From Pseudomonadota bacterium (GTDB lineage: Bacteria; Myxococcota_A; UBA9042): DNA of 64,000 bases. Location of the stretch: NCBI GenBank assembly GCA_041163625.1, contig JBEARB010000253.1, forward strand, positions 11,034-75,033, read 5' to 3'. Below, one piece after another: positions 54,758-62,338 of this stretch. Under the pieces are notes generated by a model that did no database searches, was not told where the DNA came from, and saw only the letters and a list, made by a program, of their open reading frames with translations. Each line of letters opens with the position of its first letter. Positions within the stretch are counted from its first letter, which is position 1. Made by a program: the position numbers and the translations under genes.

Positions 54758-56995
54758 ATGAACGAGCGAATCGAGCGCCGCTTCGGGCGCGGGCTGGCCG
54801 TGCTCTTGGCGGCGACGTGCACGTTGGCCGCGGCGGGCTGCAGCGACGACGACGGCAAGGGCAGCGGCAACACGGCCGACACCGCCGGCGCCGACAGCGC
54901 GGGCGACGTGGCCGGCGACGCCGTCGGCGATGCCACCAGCGACGGCAGCGGCGACGGCGACGCGGTCAGCAACGACGCCGCCGATACCGTCGCGATCCCA
55001 CACGTCCTGGAGCTGCAGCCGACCGTCGCCAAGGCCGCGGTCGATCCCTTCGCCGGCGGCGGCACGACCTCGTGCGCGACCTTCCGCGACACCCGCTGCG
55101 AAGGCGGCAAGCAGCAGACCTGCGCCGTCTACGACACCGCCAAGGGCGCGTTTGCCGAGACGGTGCCGGCGCTGGTCGAGCGCGCCTACGACTACGACCG
55201 CTGGTTCGACCGCTTCAGCAGCCCCGACGGCACCGCCGCCGAGCGCGTCTTCCTCGCGCCGATGCCCGCCGAGGCGACCGAGGGCGTCTGGGGCGACCCC
55301 GCCGCGTTCGCGCGCTACGACGGCACCGGCGACGGCGCGATCTGGACCGGCGCGGCGCTGACCTCGGCGGCGATGCGCTACGCCACCACCGGCACCGCCG
55401 CCGACCGCGCCCGCATGGTCGAGATCACCGAGCACCTGCTGCGCCATTTCGACGTGACCGGCGTGCCCGGCTACCTCGCGCGCCATACCTTCCTGCTCGC
55501 GCCCGAGGGCTCGCCGCGCTACGACGCGCATATCGTCGAATACGGCGAGAAATCGGTCTCCGCGCGCGACGTGAAGGTGCGCGCGAGCGAGCTCGGTGTG
55601 CTGCCCGAGGTCTACGCCAAGGGGCTCCCGGACGGAAAGGGCGGCGTCATCGCGGCCGAGCCGATGTGGAACGGCAACCCCTCGATCGACCAATACACCG
55701 GCCCGATGATGGCGTTCCCCATCGTCTACGAGCTCGTCGACGACGCGACGCTGCGCAAGCGCATGGCCGACCACCTCGTCTGCTACCTGAACCGACTCAA
55801 ACGCGTCGAGATCATCCACCTGCAGCAGAACCCGCAGCTGCTCGAGTCGGTGACGGCGTATTTCGGCGGCGGCAACCTGCAGCTCGACCCGGGCGACCTC
55901 GACCCGGCCAAGCTCGACCGTGTCGTCGGCTACTACCTCGACGACCTGAACAGCGCCAACGTCGACACCTACGACCGCAGCTGCCCGAAGGCGCCGGCGA
56001 CCACGCCGACGCTGGTGCTCGACGCCGCCGACCCCGGCTTCCTCGGCGAGATGCTGCTCTTCGCCAACCGCGTCGCCGCCGGCAGCCAGAAGACGCCCAA
56101 CGCCGAGGGCATCGCGCACATGTACGTGCCCAACGTCCGCGGCGGCGACGCCGTGCACATGCTGCACCTCGCGGCGATGGCCTATCGCTTTACCGGCGAC
56201 GAGGTCTACCGCACCTTCTTCTTCGAGACGCTGATCGAGGAACTGCAGGCCATCCCGGTCGCGAATACGACGCAAGCCTTCCAGACGCCCGATTGGTGCA
56301 AGGCCTTCTACGGCGACCACATCACCTACACGACGATGTGGCAGTTCGCGACGATGCTGAAGCCCGGGCCGCTGCTCGACGCGATGATCGACGTGATGCA
56401 CACCGAGGAGTGGGACAAGACCCTCGAGCGCGCGCACAACGCGCAATTCGACGTGATGTACGCCTCGCTGATGCCCGACTCGGATCCACGCGACCGCGAC
56501 CTCGCCATCGCCGACGCCCAAGCCGTGCTCAAAGCCTTCGGCGGCAACGGCGGCGTGCTCTCCGGCCCGCGTCGGACCTACGGGATCGCGCCGCAGAAGG
56601 TGATCGACAACTTCCCCACCGGCACCACCCTCGCCTGCCCGAGCGAGGGCGAGCGCAAGAGCTGCGAGGAAGGCATCAAGGTCTTCGGCATCCAGCTCGC
56701 CGGTGAGTCGATCTCGCACGCCTGCGACGGTCGTCCCGGCGAGTGCAAGATGCAGGACGGCGCCTGCACGCAAGGCATGGCGAGCGAAGGCCTACCGCCG
56801 TCGCTGCGCGCCTACGCCGACTTCGCGTGGCAACGCAGCCCGTACCAGATCGGCGACGGCGGCGATGGCGGGCGCAAGCAATCGCCCGGCATGGACCTGA
56901 GCCAAGCGTTCTGGCTCGCCGCGCATTATGGCTACCTCGCCGAGGCGAAGGGGTTGGTGCTGGCTTGGAAGGATACGGGGACTTGCGACAAGTAG
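54758..56995 (+). CDS. Secreted lipoprotein (745 aa), possibly a glycan-active alpha/alpha-toroid-type enzyme; function unknown.
   Basis: MNERIERRFGRGLAVLLAATCTLAAAGCSDDDG has a lipobox and is followed by the D/G/S/A linker seen in other lipoproteins here. The remaining ~650 aa are a globular domain. Confidence 0.65.
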   Translation: MNERIERRFGRGLAVLLAATCTLAAAGCSDDDGKGSGNTADTAGADSAGDVAGDAVGDATSDGSGDGDAVSNDAADTVAIPHVLELQPTVAKAAVDPFAGGGTTSCATFRDTRCEGGKQQTCAVYDTAKGAFAETVPALVERAYDYDRWFDRFSSPDGTAAERVFLAPMPAEATEGVWGDPAAFARYDGTGDGAIWTGAALTSAAMRYATTGTAADRARMVEITEHLLRHFDVTGVPGYLARHTFLLAPEGSPRYDAHIVEYGEKSVSARDVKVRASELGVLPEVYAKGLPDGKGGVIAAEPMWNGNPSIDQYTGPMMAFPIVYELVDDATLRKRMADHLVCYLNRLKRVEIIHLQQNPQLLESVTAYFGGGNLQLDPGDLDPAKLDRVVGYYLDDLNSANVDTYDRSCPKAPATTPTLVLDAADPGFLGEMLLFANRVAAGSQKTPNAEGIAHMYVPNVRGGDAVHMLHLAAMAYRFTGDEVYRTFFFETLIEELQAIPVANTTQAFQTPDWCKAFYGDHITYTTMWQFATMLKPGPLLDAMIDVMHTEEWDKTLERAHNAQFDVMYASLMPDSDPRDRDLAIADAQAVLKAFGGNGGVLSGPRRTYGIAPQKVIDNFPTGTTLACPSEGERKSCEEGIKVFGIQLAGESISHACDGRPGECKMQDGACTQGMASEGLPPSLRAYADFAWQRSPYQIGDGGDGGRKQSPGMDLSQAFWLAAHYGYLAEAKGLVLAWKDTGTCDK

Positions 56996-57005
56996 GGCTG
57001 AGGCT
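56880..57005. repeat. Left copy of a ~126-bp direct repeat (the 3' end of the 54758..56995 lipoprotein gene).
   Basis: aatcgcccggcatggacctgagccaagcgttctggctcgccgcgca… reappears at 57914..58039 with about 6 mismatches. Confidence 0.85.
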
Positions 57006-57094
57006 GGCGCCGACGTGACGGCGCGGCGGGCGGTGCTGATCCCCCGTGGAGCTCGTGCTAGGCTGCACCGAGGCGTCGATCTCGGAGGTCGGTC

Positions 57095-57343
57095 GTGGAT
57101 GAAACGCGGGAGAACGGAGCGAAGCGGTCCCCGCAACCCGCGGTGGTGGACGGCATCTACTGCTTCGAGATCGAGCCCGGCGTCATCATCGATACGCGGC
57201 CCGGCGCGACACAGGACGAAGACGGGGTCGATATCTCGCTGATCGAGATGATGTTGCAGCTGACGCCGCGCGAGCGGCTCCGCACGGTCGCACAATGGAC
57301 CGCGCTGGCCGAGGCAGGAGGGGTAGCCCGTGGCGACGACTGA
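57095..57343 (+). CDS. Small (82 aa) protein; possible partner (antitoxin-like) of the downstream nucleotidyltransferase.
   Basis: GGAGG upstream. Non-repetitive, protein-like sequence. Its stop overlaps the GTG start of the next gene. Confidence 0.4.
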   Translation: MDETRENGAKRSPQPAVVDGIYCFEIEPGVIIDTRPGATQDEDGVDISLIEMMLQLTPRERLRTVAQWTALAEAGGVARGDD

Positions 57344-57815
57344 CCTCGACCGCTTGCTGACGGCGGTCATCGAGGGCGGCGTGGAGTTCGTGGTCGTCGG
57401 GGCTGCGGCGGCCGTGTTGCAGGGGGCGCCTCTCGGCACCCTCGACCTCGACATCGTTCATGCACGGACGCCAGAGAATGTGCGCCGCCTCAAGACGGTT
57501 CTCGACGAGCTCGGAGCCATCTACCGACATCAGCATGGTCGTCGCTTGGCCGCGCGAGAGGAGATTCTGCTCGGACCCGGGCACAACCTCTTTGCGACAC
57601 GTCTCGGTCCACTGGACGCCCTCGGCGCGCTGGACGGGGCGGATTTCGAGGTCCTGATTCCATTGTCGCGTTGGATCGACTACGGCGGCGCGCCGGTCCG
57701 TGTCCTCGGAATCGAGACCCTGATAGCGATGAAGCGCCGGGCGGGAAGACCGAAAGACTTGCTCGCGATCCCGATATTGGAGCGGATGCTCTCGATGGAG
57801 CTGCCCGACGAGTGA
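57330..57815 (+). CDS. Nucleotidyltransferase-fold protein (MNT/AbiEii-like, toxin-antitoxin-type).
   Basis: GTG start with a GGAGGGG RBS. VVVGAAAAVLQGAPLGTLDLDIV (G-x-n-DxD NTase motif) and C-terminal LIAMKRRAGRPKDLLAI. Confidence 0.55.
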   Translation: MATTDLDRLLTAVIEGGVEFVVVGAAAAVLQGAPLGTLDLDIVHARTPENVRRLKTVLDELGAIYRHQHGRRLAAREEILLGPGHNLFATRLGPLDALGALDGADFEVLIPLSRWIDYGGAPVRVLGIETLIAMKRRAGRPKDLLAIPILERMLSMELPDE

Positions 57816-57913
57816 CAGCGTCGGCACTGGAACTGGCGTGTCAGGACTTGACACTTGACATCTTTGCGGCGCCAAAGGCGTAAAGTATCCGGTCCTGATA
57901 GCGAATTCCAAAG

Positions 57914-58039
57914 AATCGCCCGGCATGGACCTGAGCCAAGCGTTCTGGCTCGCCGCGCACTACGGCTACCTCGCCGAGGCCAAGGGGTTGGTGCTGGCTT
58001 GGAAGGATGCGGGGACTTGCGAGAAGTAGGGCCGAGGCG
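57914..58039. repeat. Right copy of the direct repeat (a diverged duplicate of the lipoprotein gene's 3' end including the stop).
   Basis: It encodes …SPGMDLSQAFWLAAHYGYLAEAKGLVLAWKDAGTCEK*. The differences from the left copy are mostly synonymous or conservative (T->A, D->E). Confidence 0.85.
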
Positions 58040-58139
58040 GGCACGCTAGTAACGAATTCTTGACTTTTGCTGTGTGCTGGTAAAGGATTCGTATCTCGTC
58101 GGCGTCCGTGGGCACGCGACCTTGACCACCGAGTGCGCC

Positions 58140-59318
58140 ATGTCGAATCGAGAGACGGGACGGTACGAGCGCACATCGACTGGCGGTGAGCAGGTTCGCG
58201 CCTTCGTGCCCCACGCGTTGCCTCCTGCTGACCCCGCGATTGTCATCGGGAGCCGACTGGCGGAGCGGGTGCGTGCCGCGGAACAGGCTCTCGTGCGGCT
58301 CGAGTTGGCCGGTGAGATGGTTCCCTCACTCGACTGGTTGATTTACGCCTTCGTGCGCAAGGAGGCGGTGCTTTCCTCCCAGATCGAGGGGACGCAGGCG
58401 ACGCTCATGGACCTCCTCAACTACGAGGCGGAAAGGAGTCCGCCCCTGCCGAACGCGGACGTCGAGGAGGTCTGCAACTACCTCGACGCGCTGACCTTCG
58501 CCCGGGCGCAGCTCAGCGACCCATCGGGGCTGCCACTCTCGATGCGCCTGCTCAACGAGACCCATCGGCGCTTGCTCCAAGGCGTCCGCGGTGAGAACAA
58601 GCTGCCGGGGCAGGTACGCCGAAGCCAGAACTGGATCGGAGGCAGCCGCCCGGGCAACGCGGCCTATGTGCCCCCGCCGCCGAATGCGCTCGCCGACGTG
58701 CTCTCGGCGTTCGAGCGGTACATCCATGCCGACGACGAGCTCCCGCCGGTGGTCCGAGCGGGTCTGCTCCACGTGCAGTTCGAGACGATCCACCCCTACC
58801 TCGACGGAAACGGGCGCATCGGACGCTTGCTCGTGACGCTGCTGCTGGAACATTGGCGCCTGCTCACGCGCCCGCTGCTCTACCTGAGCCTGTTCTTCAA
58901 GCGCCATCGGCAGGAGTACTACCGGCGGCTCGATGCCGTGCGAGTCGACGGTGATTGGGAAGCCTGGCTGGATTTCTTCCTCGATGGCGTGGCGACGATC
59001 GCTGACGAAGCCGTCGCGACCTCACGCGACCTCTTCTCGCTGGTGACCGCCGACCGGCAGCGCGTCATCCACCACACAAGCGTGAACCTGCTCGCCGTGC
59101 AGCTCTTCGAGCGGCTACCGAGTCGGCCCATCGTGAGCACATCTTGGGTCGTCGAAGCGCTGTCGACCACCAAGCCCACCGCCGGCCGTGCCATCGAGGC
59201 GCTCGAAGCCGCCGGCGTCCTCGTCGAGACCACTGGCAAGAAGCGCGACCGCGCCTATGTGTACCAGGCGTACCTCGACCGACTGCGCGCCGGGACCGAG
59301 CTTGGAGATGACGGCTGA
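58140..59318 (+). CDS. Fic family protein (Fic domain plus C-terminal winged helix).
   Basis: HPYLDGNGRIGRLL matches the Fic motif HPFx[DE]GNGR. The ~392-aa length and layout are typical. Confidence 0.8.
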   Translation: MSNRETGRYERTSTGGEQVRAFVPHALPPADPAIVIGSRLAERVRAAEQALVRLELAGEMVPSLDWLIYAFVRKEAVLSSQIEGTQATLMDLLNYEAERSPPLPNADVEEVCNYLDALTFARAQLSDPSGLPLSMRLLNETHRRLLQGVRGENKLPGQVRRSQNWIGGSRPGNAAYVPPPPNALADVLSAFERYIHADDELPPVVRAGLLHVQFETIHPYLDGNGRIGRLLVTLLLEHWRLLTRPLLYLSLFFKRHRQEYYRRLDAVRVDGDWEAWLDFFLDGVATIADEAVATSRDLFSLVTADRQRVIHHTSVNLLAVQLFERLPSRPIVSTSWVVEALSTTKPTAGRAIEALEAAGVLVETTGKKRDRAYVYQAYLDRLRAGTELGDDG

Positions 59319-59561
59319 CCTGACGGCGGAGTCAAAGCACCGAGCCAAGGGCAAAGGTGTTAGGTGCCTGGTCCTGACACCGAATTACTGACACCGTACC
59401 TCAATTCCGCCGCTCGGGTGGATCAGCTTCTACCCGGATGCCGCCGATCACGCGTGGCTCCTTCCGTCAATGATCACGGCCGGTCTGGGATCTTGCGATC
59501 GCCGTGGAAAATTCTCCTTGACTTGGACAATACGGCGGCAGACAGTCCAACTATCGCAACC

Positions 59562-59597
59562 AGCGGCTCCGCAGCAACCAGCGGCTCCGCAGCAACC
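59562..59597. repeat. Perfect 18-bp tandem duplication immediately upstream of ATG 59608.
   Basis: agcggctccgcagcaacc x2, preceded by a partial caacc. Confidence 0.8.
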
Positions 59598-59607
59598 AGG
59601 GGTGCCG

Positions 59608-60402
59608 ATGGCCACGCAACCGAAGCCAATCTTTCTCGCAACCGACGTGGAGCTACAGACCCTACCCGACGGCGCTGCGGTCATCCACTGGGCGCCACGC
59701 GAGACGTGGTCGGCTGGCAACGGTGCCCGGTTCTACACCGTCTACTACCAAGTCCTTCAGAACAGCGACGCGACGAACAACACCGTGCGCGTGCGTCTAC
59801 AGGGTAGCGCAGACGGCAAGAGTTGGGTCAACATGGACGACCTGCCGCTGGAGTTCGACGACATCGACAACGCCACCAACCTTGAGGCCACGACCTACTG
59901 GCCGAGTGAGTTGCTGCGTGCCGCGCCTTTCCTCCGCTGGGGTCTGGAGATCGAGAACGGCGCGGGCAGCTTGGGCACTGCACGCGCAACAGTGGTCGTT
60001 GTGCCGTGGTGGACGGACATGGACATCCTCCGCACCGTGCTCGCGCAGAACCAGGCGCTGGAGACGGCCACCGGCACGACGTACGAACTCGCGAACTCCT
60101 CGCTGAACCTGCTCGGCTTCACCAGCGGTGCGCTGCACGTGCAGACGTCTGGGGTGACCGGGGGGTCGACGACGTTCTCACTCTTGGCGAGCATGGACGA
60201 TCCCGATGATCCCGCGGCGGTCTGGGTGCCGGTTCCCAGTTCGCCGACGCTGGTGCTGGACGCCACGACGACGGCCGGTGCATTGCTGTTCAGTACCCAA
60301 GCGGGCATGTCGTTTCGTGTGGCCTACGTCAACACCGTCACCCTTACGGGCACGCCGGTCGTGGATTGGGTTCGGGTGCTGGCGCGCCGCGTGGGCGGCT
60401 AG
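59608..60402 (+). CDS. Hypothetical beta-rich protein (265 aa); the alternative start at 59470 would add a PQQPAA repeat N-terminus.
   Basis: Track ORF 59470..60402(+). Reduced GC (~60%). No recognisable motif and no signal peptide. Confidence 0.5.
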   Translation: MATQPKPIFLATDVELQTLPDGAAVIHWAPRETWSAGNGARFYTVYYQVLQNSDATNNTVRVRLQGSADGKSWVNMDDLPLEFDDIDNATNLEATTYWPSELLRAAPFLRWGLEIENGAGSLGTARATVVVVPWWTDMDILRTVLAQNQALETATGTTYELANSSLNLLGFTSGALHVQTSGVTGGSTTFSLLASMDDPDDPAAVWVPVPSSPTLVLDATTTAGALLFSTQAGMSFRVAYVNTVTLTGTPVVDWVRVLARRVGG

Positions 60403-60603
60403 GCGGCCTGCCGATGTTCGGTCTACCGCTCGGCATGATGCGTAGTCCGCGCAGTCACAGCGCCGGCACGAGATGTAGAGCGCGTCGTCGGAGGTCCGCC
60501 CGGCCACTGAAGTGGCGGGCTATCTTTGCGCCGTTCGCCCTCGCGGACGGCAACACAGGGCTCAACGTCAACCGCACGCGCTGTCAGTTTGTGGGAGGTC
60601 CGC

Positions 60604-60933
60604 ATGACCACGGAACGTGAACTTCCATCCAGTACCGCCACGAGCGACGTTGGCGGAGAGCCGTGTGAGTTGGAATTGCGGATTCGAGCAGTATTGGGGG
60701 GCGTGAATCCAGGGCTCCATGAAATGGAGGCCCGCGATGCGTTGATGGCGATTCACGAACTCGCAGGCCTCTGCATTGCCGAGAGGCCCGACGAGGTCGG
60801 GCGGATCGCGCCGTGGTTGTCGGAGGTGGTACTCACCGATTTGCAATCCGACATCGAACAGGCGAGCGATTCCACAGTATTACTCGGATTGCAGATCGTC
60901 AAATCGACTCTGCAGGGACGGGAGACAGAATGA
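60604..60933 (+). CDS. Hypothetical small protein (109 aa).
   Basis: GGGAGG sits 6 nt upstream of ATG 60604. The stop overlaps the next start (ATGA). Confidence 0.5.
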   Translation: MTTERELPSSTATSDVGGEPCELELRIRAVLGGVNPGLHEMEARDALMAIHELAGLCIAERPDEVGRIAPWLSEVVLTDLQSDIEQASDSTVLLGLQIVKSTLQGRETE

Positions 60934-62318
60934 TCGAACTTCTTATCAAGGTCATTGCAGCACTACTCAATGGCGTGTCGCGGTACCGATCGTTCGTGTA
61001 CAAATCTGCCAATGGCGCGTCATGGGAAGTTCTGTTTCGCTTTGAGAACGATCCCAGCGACGAGCGATACGGCGGGGGGTTGGCGCTGCTTAGTGCGCGC
61101 TTCGCCCTCAACACCGACACTATGCAACTGTCGAATATTTCTCCCGTCTCATACGTTCAGTTCACCACATCTCGGACCACCTACTTCACCAGGAATGCAG
61201 CTGGTCCGGATTCGGTCTCCGTGGAAAGCCCCCCACTCCTTGATGGAATGGGTAAGCCGTATGGCGGAACCGCAGGCGGGGTGCGGTTGCTGCCGCGGCC
61301 TTGGCTTGTTTCAAACGGCGCAAACCCTAAAGCATTCGCGATGGGCGGCAAAGAGCAGGCCGCAATCGAAGCGTCAATGAAGTCCGACCCCACGACTCGG
61401 CCAGTAGCCAAGGATGTCGTCGCGATCCATGTACTGGTTCCCCAAGACTCGACATCAAACTTTCCGATCGGAACGGTTCAGTTCGATGTTCGTGCCCGCT
61501 TTCAGGCTGCAAACTACCAGTTCGTCTCCGGGTTTCGCTTCTTCGACAATGGCGTCATTGAGCCCTACGTCTCTGCAACCGGAGCGACACTCCCATCAGT
61601 CGATGGGCCCACACTCCCGGTCGATTCGCGGGCGAAGGTTCATCTTCACGACTTCTACCTGTGGTATCTGCTCGACTCCAGTTCAATGGTTGGACCGCAC
61701 ATACGCGCACAAACTATCCGGCTGGACCATGAAGGTGCTCTCCCCTACTTCGTGCACTCTGAGGTAGGCACGTTCAAGACACTAGGCGAGAACCCATGGC
61801 CAATCGTTGAAGATGAGACTATCACTGGCCATCTCGTGGGCCTTCGTCTGCTGAAGAACCTTGATCTCGACTTGCTTCTGAAAGAAGGAGAGGAACTACC
61901 CGGCACCTGGGCTTGGCTCGAACAGGAGAAATGGGGCGTGATCATCGACTGGCAGCACGACGACATGTCGGATGTAAAGGACTACTTGGCCGAATGGTCA
62001 ACCTACACCGATCAGGGGTGGCGTGCGCTACTTCGGGCTGTCAAGTTCGACGGAGACGCGGCCCGATTTATTGCCAAGGTGGCCAATACAACGCACGCAA
62101 TTCAGGTCTCGCCTGGCGATCAAACGGCAACCGGCGCAAAATCTCTTGCCTCGGGCATGGATGTTTTGGGCTGCTTGCGCCTATATCACCTACATCTTCC
62201 TTCCAGACCTGACGCGAACCTTACGCCGCTCCGCAGCGTTTGGTTCGCAATTCGCCCTCGTGTGTGGCCTAAGACGGCGTATTTCGACGCAGTGTACAAG
62301 GATGTGAACAAGCAATAG
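60930..62318 (+). CDS. Hypothetical protein (462 aa), translationally coupled to the previous gene; ~55% GC.
   Basis: Internal ATG 60930 of track ORF 60813..62318, with GGGAG upstream. MIELLIKVIAALLNGVSRYR…; I recognise no family. Confidence 0.55.
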   Translation: MIELLIKVIAALLNGVSRYRSFVYKSANGASWEVLFRFENDPSDERYGGGLALLSARFALNTDTMQLSNISPVSYVQFTTSRTTYFTRNAAGPDSVSVESPPLLDGMGKPYGGTAGGVRLLPRPWLVSNGANPKAFAMGGKEQAAIEASMKSDPTTRPVAKDVVAIHVLVPQDSTSNFPIGTVQFDVRARFQAANYQFVSGFRFFDNGVIEPYVSATGATLPSVDGPTLPVDSRAKVHLHDFYLWYLLDSSSMVGPHIRAQTIRLDHEGALPYFVHSEVGTFKTLGENPWPIVEDETITGHLVGLRLLKNLDLDLLLKEGEELPGTWAWLEQEKWGVIIDWQHDDMSDVKDYLAEWSTYTDQGWRALLRAVKFDGDAARFIAKVANTTHAIQVSPGDQTATGAKSLASGMDVLGCLRLYHLHLPSRPDANLTPLRSVWFAIRPRVWPKTAYFDAVYKDVNKQ

Positions 62319-62338
62319 CAGGGGCCATTGGGGGGCAC

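Noticed and set aside
48305-56773. Long minus ORFs 48305..50596, 51051..52157, 51932..53422, 54437..56773
   Set aside because: They are antisense to the well-supported ABC export operon and the 745-aa lipoprotein. They have arginine-rich junk translations.
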